Shown here in pieces: positions 38,197 through 47,463 of a stretch of 64,000 nucleotides of DNA. The notes under the pieces are model-generated. The model did no database searches and was not told where the DNA came from. It was given only the letters and a program-made list of their open reading frames with translations. Each line of letters starts with the position of its first letter. Within the stretch, counting starts at the first letter, position 1. This DNA comes from a virus, in the IMG/VR virus record IMGVR_UViG_3300042891_001180; one strand, 5' to 3'. Made by a program: the position numbers and the translations under genes.

Positions 38197-38585
38197 TAAA
38201 TCTTTCCTAGTGCTATGGATACTTTTTCGTCTAAAGGTATTTCATACCCCTCAACAACTATACCTTGTGCCGAAATAGGACCAATAGGCATAAAATTAAG
38301 AAAGACGAGAAAGGTTTTAAGTTGCGGCCAGAATTCTCTTTCTACTTTAAAGAAGAGCATCTTGGTTGCAGCCTCAGCACCAAATAAATTATAAATGACT
38401 ACCAGGTGATTAAGTATTAATCTTTCCTTGAGATCTTTACCGGCAGTATACTTATTAAAAAGTCTCTTAAGGTATCTGAATCTTTTTAAATCATCATTAA
38501 ACTCTGCTATGCCCTTGCATGCGGGGTTATCATAGTGTTTAATTGCATATAATGTAAAGTTCTCTTCAGTCAGATCAAGGTTCAT
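38196..38585 (-). CDS. Conserved hypothetical protein of T4-like phages
   Basis: Start MNLDLTEENFTLYAIKHYDNP at 38585; EFNDDLKRFRYLKRL, ERLILNH. Confidence 0.8.
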   Translation of the reverse strand: MNLDLTEENFTLYAIKHYDNPACKGIAEFNDDLKRFRYLKRLFNKYTAGKDLKERLILNHLVVIYNLFGAEAATKMLFFKVEREFWPQLKTFLVFLNFMPIGPISAQGIVVEGYEIPLDEKVSIALGKI

Positions 38586-38587
38586 AA

Positions 38588-39031
38588 TTAGGCGATGGTA
38601 GCGGTACCTCCGACCATGTGCCACTTACCATTGGTATATAAAAGTTGTGCAGTCTTACCGACAGCACTGAATGTAATAGTTTGAGTATTTGCAATATTCG
38701 CACTAATAGCAAATGAACCACCCGATGTTGATATCATCGTAATATATTTAATCTGGTTAACTGTGCCGGCAGGAATAGCAATAGAGCCTCCTGAAGCGTC
38801 AGCAGCCAGATGGGTCACCGGTTTAGTCAAATCAACCATGGTACCAGCAGAGTTAATAGTCTGGATAGAAGAATCCAGATTAATATTACCTTTTAATGTA
38901 ACGTTAGCGGCATTGGCAAACATAGTTGCCGCAGTCACCTTCTTACTGGTATCTGATTGTACTAGATATAGAAAATCAGCCACCCCGACAGAGGTGGCCG
39001 ATGTTAGTTCACTTACTTTACTATCAGCCAT
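38588..39031 (-). CDS. Putative virion structural protein
   Basis: MADSKVSELT.ATS N-terminus, seen in fibre/decoration proteins; beta-rich. Confidence 0.6.
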   Translation of the reverse strand: MADSKVSELTSATSVGVADFLYLVQSDTSKKVTAATMFANAANVTLKGNINLDSSIQTINSAGTMVDLTKPVTHLAADASGGSIAIPAGTVNQIKYITMISTSGGSFAISANIANTQTITFSAVGKTAQLLYTNGKWHMVGGTATIA

Positions 39032-39033
39032 AA

Positions 39034-39831
39034 TTAATCAGGGAAGATTGTTTCTTCGTCATCACTTGTAATACCGTTCTTAGAAAGCGCAACTAATACT
39101 TCTTTCTTTTCACGAATCTGACCGTGAGCATCAGTATAGGTAATGTAGCTTACCCAACCGGTGTGGGATGCGTTAGAAGTAGAACCAGAACTAAAGTTAA
39201 TGGTTGCTGTTGCGTTGGTAGTTGGCTGTGATAGACCAGTCGTTGCAATAGTAGCTGTAGTATTAGCTTGAGCGGCCGCAGTGTAACCCTTACCAGGATT
39301 AGTAACCGTGATAGCAGTCAACACGTTGCTTGTAAAAGTCAGAGTAGCGGTTGCATTAGACTGGGGCTGTGAAAGTCCAGTAGTTGCAATTGTGATAGCG
39401 GTATTAGCAGTAATTGCAGTTGCATTTGCCAGTCTCTGATATCCTGCGCCAGTAGCATTAACTGAAATTGAACTAATTGAAGCTGTAATGATCTCTGCAG
39501 CATCTACACCGTAGACGTTCTCAATAGAAAGAACGTTACTTTGTCTAGAAACTGGGTACGTATTACTAGAAAGTACGTTTTTTGGACCTTGCTGAACAAA
39601 AACTACTTTAGAAGTACCAGCTGTTCGTGGTATTGTAGTCAATGTAAGAGCAGTATTAGAGGTAATATCAGCTACCTGATATTTACCTGAAACGCCAGAA
39701 ATAGTTAGATAATCTCCAGCGTTAAGATTTTGTAAAAAGTACGTTGATGCACCAACTAGGTTGGTATTTGCAATGTAATGTGTAACAGTACCTGCAATAG
39801 TTGTATTGTCTGATAGACCCCATGCGGACAT
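39034..39831 (-). CDS. Putative virion structural protein
   Basis: MSAWG...VYGVDAAE...HTGWV...R.KKEVLVA frame with inserted Thr/Ala-rich repeats. Confidence 0.65.
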   Translation of the reverse strand: MSAWGLSDNTTIAGTVTHYIANTNLVGASTYFLQNLNAGDYLTISGVSGKYQVADITSNTALTLTTIPRTAGTSKVVFVQQGPKNVLSSNTYPVSRQSNVLSIENVYGVDAAEIITASISSISVNATGAGYQRLANATAITANTAITIATTGLSQPQSNATATLTFTSNVLTAITVTNPGKGYTAAAQANTTATIATTGLSQPTTNATATINFSSGSTSNASHTGWVSYITYTDAHGQIREKKEVLVALSKNGITSDDEETIFPD

Positions 39832-39891
39832 TTATGTCTCCTTGTTTTTCTTTTATTCCATGCCACCGTATAGGTGGCGCCCGTAATATAT

Positions 39892-41013
39892 TTAGGCTTC
39901 AGGACTTTGTGATTGGTCGCTAAACAATGTAATATCTTTGTTTTTAAATGCTTCATTAGCAACTAAAACTGCATCTTCATCAACGTATTTTGCGCGAGCA
40001 GCCTCAAGGTAATCGGCAAATGTATACTCTTCTTGCTCAACTTCTTCCTTAACACCACCTGCTTTAAGCATATCAATACGATCGCGATAGCCAGCGACCC
40101 CGGGTTTAATATCTTTAGCAGCTTTCTTAAGTGCAGGCGAAGCATTAGGAATGTGCTTCATAGTAGTCTTAGCTTGATCAGACATTGCTTCTTTAACTGA
40201 TTTTTTAGCTAAGTCCATTGCAGCACTATAGCCTGGTATGCTAGACATTTTTTTCATGCGAGCAGGATCCTTTGCAGTTTCAGTTCCAGCTGCAGCTAAT
40301 CTTTGCTGGCGCGCCATCATGTCTTTCTTTGATTCACTTTTAGCTTCATCTAAATCTGCATCTTCTTTAACTGGCTTTCTAGTATAGACTGTACCTGTAG
40401 AGATTTTCTTAGAATCAAAACCAGCTGTCTCACCTGGTTTTTTAGGTATTTGACTTTGATAATTTTTATAGTCAAATGGACTAACAGGCTTCTTCTTCTC
40501 TTCTTCTTGTACAGAGTCTTCCTTCATAGGCTTAGGCATCTTACCATCTTTTTTGCCAGCCTTAATTAATGAAATAGCAATAGCAGCTTGTTGAGCAGCT
40601 TTACCAGCTAGCTCTTGTATCTGTTCATCAGTATCTTCTTTTGTTAGACGTTTTACAGCTTTATTTAAACCTGTTTCTCTATTAGTAGCTTTTCTAACAC
40701 TATCTGAATCAGATTCATATTCTTCTGGATCTTCCCCGTGTTGATATGATAGGTCTCTCTGGTCACCAACATTCTTTTTAATATAAGACCCGAGAGTTTT
40801 TTTACTTAATTCATTAACCATCTCAGCTTCTTCTTTAGTAATCTTCCCGTTACTGTCCTTCTTCATTGCACGAAGCTTTTTAAAGTCATGAGCGGTAATC
40901 TCATCCTTCTCTGGCTCATGCACATCAATCTTCTGTTGATTGGGGTGGAGGTTAGCCTCCATCACTGCGCGAATGTCATCTTGTAATTTTTGTGAAATAG
41001 ATTTCATGTCCAT
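39892..41013 (-). CDS. Putative prohead core/internal polyprotein
   Basis: Basic modules separated by repeated (V/I/L/M)-x-E sites; LHPNQQKIDV...ITAHDFKKLR. Confidence 0.6.
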   Translation of the reverse strand: MDMKSISQKLQDDIRAVMEANLHPNQQKIDVHEPEKDEITAHDFKKLRAMKKDSNGKITKEEAEMVNELSKKTLGSYIKKNVGDQRDLSYQHGEDPEEYESDSDSVRKATNRETGLNKAVKRLTKEDTDEQIQELAGKAAQQAAIAISLIKAGKKDGKMPKPMKEDSVQEEEKKKPVSPFDYKNYQSQIPKKPGETAGFDSKKISTGTVYTRKPVKEDADLDEAKSESKKDMMARQQRLAAAGTETAKDPARMKKMSSIPGYSAAMDLAKKSVKEAMSDQAKTTMKHIPNASPALKKAAKDIKPGVAGYRDRIDMLKAGGVKEEVEQEEYTFADYLEAARAKYVDEDAVLVANEAFKNKDITLFSDQSQSPEA

Positions 41014-41048
41014 TTTGTTTCCTTTGGTTTCGTATACTTATAAGTTAA

Positions 41049-41897
41049 TTAGCAGTTCCATTTTCTAAGAGCTTTATTAATCCTAGAATCCGGGTCTCTT
41101 GCAGTCTTTGCAGATGTTAGTCTTTTCTTCATACCACCCATGCGCGCACAAAAAGATTTTCTTCTGTTAGCCGCTTTACTACCTGGTTTTAACTTAGATG
41201 GTTTGGTCGTTACAGCCATTTGTAATTTAGAGCCTGGGTTCTCTCTACGGTAAGCTGCAATACCTTTTGCATTCAGACCACCTTCAGGGTTCTTACCTTC
41301 TTTACGCTGCCAGGCTGCAACTTCAACTAACTCTTCATCTGGTATTGATTCTAGATCTTCCCAGATTAATTCAGAGTCAACGTTATTATCTTTTGCAATA
41401 TCTTCTATTACATCTTCAATAAGATCAAATAGTTCTTCTGGTAATAGTTCTTCTTTTATTCTCCAACTACCACCACGTTTTTTGTACCACTTTGCTGCAA
41501 ACCCATTGGCGTAGGCTGAAGGGTAGACATCGAATTTTTGTCTGGCCAGAGACTTAGCTCTCGACCAGAGTTCGGGGTTGGTAGGTTCATTCTTCTCTAC
41601 CAATAGACCTTCTCTTAAATTAGAAAAAGTATTTAATGATTCTGATTTTACCATTACTGGGGCGCCTCCTTTACCAGATCGATCTGCAACCGGGTCTTCT
41701 CTTCTTTTTCTTCTTACTGCGGCTGCCCTATCATCCTTCGACATAGAACGGGCCTTGGCAAGTGGAAGACACTTGGGCTTCCCCTCCCCGGGCTCTCTTG
41801 CACAGTCACCTTTTATATTACCCTTGGTATCCATTCTCACCCAATTACCTTCGGGGTGAGTTTTACTGAACCAATTTCTTAAATTTTCTAGTACCAT
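41049..41897 (-). CDS. Conserved multi-module basic late protein
   Basis: GKPKCLP, KFDVYPSAYANG, GGLNAKG, RRKSFCARM...RINKALRKWNC modules separated by acidic x-x-E linkers. Confidence 0.7.
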   Translation of the reverse strand: MVLENLRNWFSKTHPEGNWVRMDTKGNIKGDCAREPGEGKPKCLPLAKARSMSKDDRAAAVRRKRREDPVADRSGKGGAPVMVKSESLNTFSNLREGLLVEKNEPTNPELWSRAKSLARQKFDVYPSAYANGFAAKWYKKRGGSWRIKEELLPEELFDLIEDVIEDIAKDNNVDSELIWEDLESIPDEELVEVAAWQRKEGKNPEGGLNAKGIAAYRRENPGSKLQMAVTTKPSKLKPGSKAANRRKSFCARMGGMKKRLTSAKTARDPDSRINKALRKWNC

Positions 41898-41922
41898 TAA
41901 GCAAGACCACTAAGTAGGTTTT

Positions 41923-42768
41923 TCACTTACCACCCCTATAATGGGCCAGTCTCTTTTGCTCAATTGAACGCATCTTAGGTACCATTCTGGTAGCAATACT
42001 TGCCTGAATGCTTTTCATACCTTTAACTTGTTGTTCAATTCTATCTTTTTCGGAAGCAGAAAGAGCAGACTTATCCCTACCCCTTAACAATCTTTGATAA
42101 ATTGCACGACGAGCGGCTAGTTGTGCACGCTTCTGGAGTATCTGGGGTGTAGAGGCTCTTCTTAACTTAAGCCCCTTAGCAGTATTTCTTCTAGACCTAC
42201 CTCTTGCAAAACTCTGACTTCTTTTAAGTCTAGATGTTGCAGATATTTTTTCGTCTAATTGCCCTGTCTCTTCTTCAATTAAATCTTCTTCTGAGTATAG
42301 ATCAACAATATCTTCCCACTTAAGACTATCAACCATTTCATTGATATCGTCTTCGCTAATCTCTTCATTTTTTTCTGCAATGAAGTTTGCAAAAGAAGTA
42401 ACCACAGATTCATGTTTACTTGAAACTTTTTTAGATTCATCCATGCCACTAAAGTCTGCAGCAGGCAAATGGGCGTAAGGCATGTCTCCTAAATTATTAT
42501 CATCATCACCAAAAAGTTTACTCATTGTTTCAACATGGCTGGTCATATACTCTTGGTGTTGATCTAAAACACCCAGGGACTGCAATGCCTCATGCGTACG
42601 GGACATGTGATACGTAAAATCATGTATCATCGTTGGGGTAGCTTTATTAGCAGCTACCGCCTGCTTTTCAACACCTAAATAGGCATCAGTAGATTCTAAT
42701 GCTGTCTTTAATAGCTCGTGCTGTATATTTAAATCGTTTATCATTTTAGTATTGACCTTAACATCCAT
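41923..42768 (-). CDS. Hypothetical late protein (acidic middle, Arg/Lys-rich C-terminus)
   Basis: Internal SFANFIAE and LDE sites. Confidence 0.65.
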   Translation of the reverse strand: MDVKVNTKMINDLNIQHELLKTALESTDAYLGVEKQAVAANKATPTMIHDFTYHMSRTHEALQSLGVLDQHQEYMTSHVETMSKLFGDDDNNLGDMPYAHLPAADFSGMDESKKVSSKHESVVTSFANFIAEKNEEISEDDINEMVDSLKWEDIVDLYSEEDLIEEETGQLDEKISATSRLKRSQSFARGRSRRNTAKGLKLRRASTPQILQKRAQLAARRAIYQRLLRGRDKSALSASEKDRIEQQVKGMKSIQASIATRMVPKMRSIEQKRLAHYRGGK

Positions 42769-43169
42769 GCATGCTTTTCGTGAGCCTGTATTCTATCTTG
42801 AAGAAAATTAGCAATGCCTACTTCACCTGTTGTATCTGCAGTAGTATATGCGGTAAGTAAGGATGCTCTTAAAATATTATTTTCCTGAAGTAACCTGGTC
42901 ATCATAGTCTTTCCATCCGGAACATCATCTGTTTCTTCAATAGATGTTAGTTCTTTCAATCTTGTAAGGGTACCAGGAGCATATGAATCAAGTGTTCTAA
43001 TTAATTCAGCGAATGTATCAACCGATGCAAATACTTCTTGATAAAGATTCTGAAGGAAGTCATGGTATTGAGGGAAGTTAGGTCCTTCAACATTCCAATG
43101 ATAGTAATGTGCCTTTAGGTAAAACGTAAATGCATCCGCATGCACTTTTTTTAATTCATCTATTAACAT
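42741..43169 (-). CDS. dps: Dps/ferritin-like protein
   Basis: KAHYYHWNVEGPNFPQYH...DTFAELIR...HEKHAWML. Confidence 0.93.
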   Translation of the reverse strand: MLIDELKKVHADAFTFYLKAHYYHWNVEGPNFPQYHDFLQNLYQEVFASVDTFAELIRTLDSYAPGTLTRLKELTSIEETDDVPDGKTMMTRLLQENNILRASLLTAYTTADTTGEVGIANFLQDRIQAHEKHAWMLRSILK

Positions 43170-44368
43170 TATAACCCTGTGTATTGTCTAAACTGCATTT
43201 TACGGAGTGTAGATGGCTTAGAGTTAATGCCTGCCACCACATCTTGAACTGCCTTTGATGGCATATTATGACCGGCAGGTTCCCCGATGTGCTCACCTGC
43301 CCTAGCAGTTTCAATTAGTTTCTTAAATTCTTTATATGCACTGGGACATATATCCAGGTTTTTAGTCTGTATACCATCGAACTCTAGTTGATCTTGATCA
43401 ACAGCCTCAAATAATGCCCGCTTTTGATTAGCAGTCATTAATAGAAATGGTAATCTGGTTGCTTCTAATTGCATAGGTTCTACCTCTACGGACTCTTTAA
43501 CTTTGTTATCTGGTACAACCTTGTAAGAGCCACCTGTACCATATTTTGCTGGAATAAAAACTGTCTTTTTAGGACCTGACTGAGCGCTTACTTTAACTCT
43601 CTTCATCATTGACTGAAACTTTTCACCGTAGTCGGCTTCTTTGGCTTCAGCCTTAACTTTACTTTCCCCAGGGGTAATGCGCTTCATCTCTTTAGTTCCT
43701 TCTGGGGTACCCCATTCGTATTTAGAAATCTTTACTTCACCTTGTGAACCAGGTGCTACAGCCTCATGAATACCCATGTGTTGTCTTACATCGTGGTACA
43801 AAGCATCTTTGTGTTCTGGTTTCATCTTGGAAGGTAAAGCGGCATGAAATTTCTTCTTTCTACCTGCCGCCGCATGCTCGCGCATCTTAGTACCGGAGAT
43901 ACCAGAAGTGCCTTCTGCATCAGGATCTCTTTCGCCCGACGAATGCACTTTAATAGATTTAAATTTATAGTTACCGTGTGCGCTCTTTACGCCATTATAC
44001 TTATGAAGTAACTTATGGTACTCTTCTACTCTATCGGAGCCTGCAACAACGTGCAAATGCTTAACACCTTGGCTTGCCATTGCAGCTGCATGATGTAAAA
44101 TAGTGGGGTGCTCTTTAGAAGCCGCTTCAATATTAGTACCCGGAAATGCATGCTGTGCATGCTTTACCTTAACATCGGCAGGTAACGGGTTCTTAGATTT
44201 ATCTTGAGAATGAGATAGAACTACCTTGTGAACGGCATTATGTTCTTTAGCAACTTCATGAACTTTATTAATAACTTGCTCGTGCCCAGTAGTGGGTGGA
44301 TTCATACGACCGTACGCAAGTACTCCGTGTTTTTCCGGTGCTTCTGTTAAGTAGTCTATAAAGTCCAT
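43169..44368 (-). CDS. HIGH-family nucleotidyltransferase (cytidyltransferase-like) with C-terminal extension
   Basis: YGRMNPPTTGH, KNPL, VVAGSDRV, SGERDPDAEG..GISGTKMR. Confidence 0.85.
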   Translation of the reverse strand: MDFIDYLTEAPEKHGVLAYGRMNPPTTGHEQVINKVHEVAKEHNAVHKVVLSHSQDKSKNPLPADVKVKHAQHAFPGTNIEAASKEHPTILHHAAAMASQGVKHLHVVAGSDRVEEYHKLLHKYNGVKSAHGNYKFKSIKVHSSGERDPDAEGTSGISGTKMREHAAAGRKKKFHAALPSKMKPEHKDALYHDVRQHMGIHEAVAPGSQGEVKISKYEWGTPEGTKEMKRITPGESKVKAEAKEADYGEKFQSMMKRVKVSAQSGPKKTVFIPAKYGTGGSYKVVPDNKVKESVEVEPMQLEATRLPFLLMTANQKRALFEAVDQDQLEFDGIQTKNLDICPSAYKEFKKLIETARAGEHIGEPAGHNMPSKAVQDVVAGINSKPSTLRKMQFRQYTGL

Positions 44369-44390
44369 GTGTATTTAATTAGTTAACCGT

Positions 44391-44675
44391 TTATTTATCT
44401 TTCTTTTTACCTAGTGACATATTGATTCTCCAATGCGCTAATTGCTTTTCTCTGGGTGTTGCAGAGCTAGAAGATCTAACTTTCTTCAATTGAGTAATAG
44501 ATTTACCCTTAAGACCGTGTCTGGCCATGTCACCTTTATCTTGAGGGTTACGACCATCTCGGAAGTTTTCAGATACCTTAACGCAGTTGGGTACCATTCT
44601 GTTACCCTTCTTCTTCATGCCTTGTTGAGTCCAGCCATCCCAACATTTTTCTCTTAAATCTTTAAAAGTTTTCAT
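44391..44675 (-). CDS. Small basic putative internal head protein
   Basis: N-terminus MKTFKDLRE resembles the T4 capsid-targeting sequence; CWDGW..KKKG..VPNCV module. Confidence 0.65.
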   Translation of the reverse strand: MKTFKDLREKCWDGWTQQGMKKKGNRMVPNCVKVSENFRDGRNPQDKGDMARHGLKGKSITQLKKVRSSSSATPREKQLAHWRINMSLGKKKDK

Positions 44676-44724
44676 GGATTTTTAGTTGCCTTGAGTGTAT
44701 AATCTTTATGTGGGCGGTTGAGAA

Positions 44725-45942
44725 TTACCTTGGTCTAGCAGCAAAATTTGCTCTACTAAACTCTGCTCTATCTACAAACTTAGTCGGTCTGTTATTTCTG
44801 ATAACGACAAAGCCTTCGGGTTTAGCTGGCTTACCACCGGTGATCTTAGTTGAACCTGGTGCAGGTATCGAATGTTCAAACTTAGGTTTAGCAGACAACG
44901 AATGAACCAATTGATCTTTGGCAGCCTGTAAGTGATGATGCATATCTAGAATCTTCTGAAACTTATCAGAATGTTTATTTACATGGGCTAGGTCTTCTTG
45001 CATCTTATCGGTCTTAGTACCTACAGCCTTAGCCGTCTTCACTTTAGCTATACCCTTAAGATGTTGATCTCTTAAGTGCTCGGTATAGCCCTGAACTGAT
45101 GGCTTAGTATTCTCTCTCACAGTCTTATTAATATAAGTTTTCAAATGTTCTTGATGGCCTTCAATAGCACCGTAATGTTTTTTATCGGTACTATTGAAAG
45201 CTTTTCTAGCTTGTTCAACATGGTGTTCATATGTATGTGCCTGATTTGTATTAAGATCGGCTTTGTGAACATCGTCAACAGTACTTATAACATGAACATC
45301 AGAGTGTTTAGGGAAGTGAGAAAGATCGGCGCCGTATTGTGCTTTCATTCCTGCCAATGTATTACCTTCGTATGCAGTATGAACGGCTACACCAAATTTA
45401 GAACTGGCAACTTTTTTACCTTCAGCCGAGCTATGAGATGTTGAATAGGTAAGGGTATTAGGTTTGAAGTGATACTTACCACCTTCATTTACAACATCTC
45501 CATGAGGGTTATCTTTTGACTTGATACCCGAGTGCATTACATCACCTTGATAGACACCTGTCTTAGGAGTTACTTTAGGTAGGTGTATAAGAGCTTGTTT
45601 TAACTTCTGAACTAAACCAGGTGCATGCCCGTGATTCTTTTCAACGTCCTCTGGTGTATAGTTTAACTTAGGGTCTGCATTAAACGCCGATTTGGTAGAG
45701 ACAAAAAATGCTCCCGTCTCTGGGTGATGACCAAACACGATAGAAGGGGACCCGTCGTACTTAGTTGCAATCTTAGTACTGTTCTTTTTCCCACCGATCT
45801 GGTCTTTAACGTCTTCTAAGTTATGATAGGCATGGGCAAAGCCTTCCATACCAGAATTAATGACATGGTCTTCTGCATGCTCTAAGTGTTTGAGCTTTTC
45901 TTCTGAAGCAGCTTCAGCGAGATATAGGTTAAATTGCATCAT
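44725..45942 (-). CDS. DUF6267-like protein with ATP-dependent ligase/nucleotidyltransferase motifs
   Basis: HLEHAED, TKYDGSPSIVFG (motif I KxDG), YQGD (III), PEGFVV (IV), KFVDR.EFS (V). Confidence 0.7.
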   Translation of the reverse strand: MMQFNLYLAEAASEEKLKHLEHAEDHVINSGMEGFAHAYHNLEDVKDQIGGKKNSTKIATKYDGSPSIVFGHHPETGAFFVSTKSAFNADPKLNYTPEDVEKNHGHAPGLVQKLKQALIHLPKVTPKTGVYQGDVMHSGIKSKDNPHGDVVNEGGKYHFKPNTLTYSTSHSSAEGKKVASSKFGVAVHTAYEGNTLAGMKAQYGADLSHFPKHSDVHVISTVDDVHKADLNTNQAHTYEHHVEQARKAFNSTDKKHYGAIEGHQEHLKTYINKTVRENTKPSVQGYTEHLRDQHLKGIAKVKTAKAVGTKTDKMQEDLAHVNKHSDKFQKILDMHHHLQAAKDQLVHSLSAKPKFEHSIPAPGSTKITGGKPAKPEGFVVIRNNRPTKFVDRAEFSRANFAARPR

Positions 45943-45946
45943 ACTT

Positions 45947-47008
45947 TTATAGTGTACTTTTAGCAGTACCAGTTTTTTTCATTTTAAATCCAATTCTATT
46001 ATTTACAGGATAGGGGGTACTACTTGGAGATTGAAAAATAAACTCACCATCAGAAAAAGTCTTAACGGTATATTTTAAATTACTTCCTGCTTTATCTAAA
46101 TAAATTTGATTAATAGTTAAAGTGTTAGCCGCTTTGTTAAGTAAGTCTTTAGTATTATTTTTATCTGTATTAAGCCACTTAATTAATTCAGCCGTTATCG
46201 GGTAATGTAATAACCCATATCGTTTTCTAGTATAACCTTTATCTAGAATACGCTTTGTAGTACTTATGTCAATAGTGTTATTATAGCCTGACGCTTCATA
46301 ATAGTCTTTAGTTATATCTCTAAACAAATCATAACCTCCTGCATTTTCCACTGCAGTTTCAAGATGTTTTTCAGTTGGTATACCGCTGACATAACCTGTA
46401 TTAAGTTTTTTTTCTTTTAAAAGCGTAAGTAACTTTTTATAGCCTGGGAGGTCAAGATACTCAGCTGCCTGAAGAGGTCCGAGATATAAGGCATTAGGTT
46501 GTTGTTTACCTAAATGGAAAAGCACCCACGTAGCTTGTTGATATTTGTTATCTAAAGTGCGGTTAGCAACCATTGTTTCAATGATTGGCATAAGAGATAC
46601 AATAGATGGCTTACCACCTTCTCCTGCTTTTGCAGAATATTTTTCGTCTAACCCATCTTTAGTAACCATGTAATAATCAATAAGCTTTTCATTACCAGTA
46701 GGAAACTTAACTGCTTTGTATCTATTGCTTTCTTTTTTTAGTACGTAAGCTGCACCAGATACTTCACCAAAATCTTTTAGAATAATATTAAATTCTTGAT
46801 CAGTCAACTGACCCTTATCTTGAGAAAACAACCCCTTACCGCTAGCAGATTGATCGTAAATATCAATACACGTACTGTATACTGCACTATCTAATTTCAT
46901 ATTCTTAAGCTTAGTTTTAGTGGTACGTGTTAACTCAGGTAATGAAAATTCAGTACCGTCAGCTAAACCAAAGTAACTAGGAATAAGTTGTTTATCTTTT
47001 ACACGCAT
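45947..47008 (-). CDS. Hypothetical protein, possibly restriction-endonuclease-like fold
   Basis: 353 aa; DFGE...FP..NEKLIDY...KYSAK pattern; GATAAATA promoter at 47044-47037. Confidence 0.55.
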   Translation of the reverse strand: MRVKDKQLIPSYFGLADGTEFSLPELTRTTKTKLKNMKLDSAVYSTCIDIYDQSASGKGLFSQDKGQLTDQEFNIILKDFGEVSGAAYVLKKESNRYKAVKFPTGNEKLIDYYMVTKDGLDEKYSAKAGEGGKPSIVSLMPIIETMVANRTLDNKYQQATWVLFHLGKQQPNALYLGPLQAAEYLDLPGYKKLLTLLKEKKLNTGYVSGIPTEKHLETAVENAGGYDLFRDITKDYYEASGYNNTIDISTTKRILDKGYTRKRYGLLHYPITAELIKWLNTDKNNTKDLLNKAANTLTINQIYLDKAGSNLKYTVKTFSDGEFIFQSPSSTPYPVNNRIGFKMKKTGTAKSTL

Positions 47009-47047
47009 GGAGTTAGAGATTATAGTTTTAATAGTATATTTATCTAA

Positions 47048-47072
47048 TAAAAAACCCCAGCAGAACTGGGGC
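47048..47072 (-). terminator. Intrinsic terminator
   Basis: GCCCCAG-ttctg-CTGGGGT-TTTTT on the minus strand. Confidence 0.85.
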
Positions 47073-47091
47073 TTGATAAAGTAAAAAAACT

Positions 47092-47463
47092 TTAAATAGT
47101 ACTATCGTGATAGTCAACTAATCTCTTATCAGTTTTATCAGATATTTTAATACCATGATCTTCCATTTTTGATCTCATATCCGAATAGTTACTTTCAGTA
47201 GCGTTACGCCCATGGACACCTAGACTTGTAGTCTTACCGGTAGAAGAATTATGGTGAACATATTTAATGCCTCTGTCCTTCTCTGCAGCATAGATGTGAT
47301 GGGGACCTTCTGATACAATGTGGCCTACGTCAGGGTGCTTGGCATTGACACGTTTGGTAACCTCATCATCTTCTTCATTAAGAGCTTGACTTACTTTAGA
47401 AGACGTATCACGTGATAAGAATTCTAAAGCCGCGTCAATTAATGATGTTTTCTTTTGTTCCAT
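47092..47463 (-). CDS. Putative internal head protein B (leader shared with 47476..47925)
   Basis: MEQKKTSLIDAALEFLSRDTS...LNE leader, then a His-rich body. Confidence 0.7.
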   Translation of the reverse strand: MEQKKTSLIDAALEFLSRDTSSKVSQALNEEDDEVTKRVNAKHPDVGHIVSEGPHHIYAAEKDRGIKYVHHNSSTGKTTSLGVHGRNATESNYSDMRSKMEDHGIKISDKTDKRLVDYHDSTI

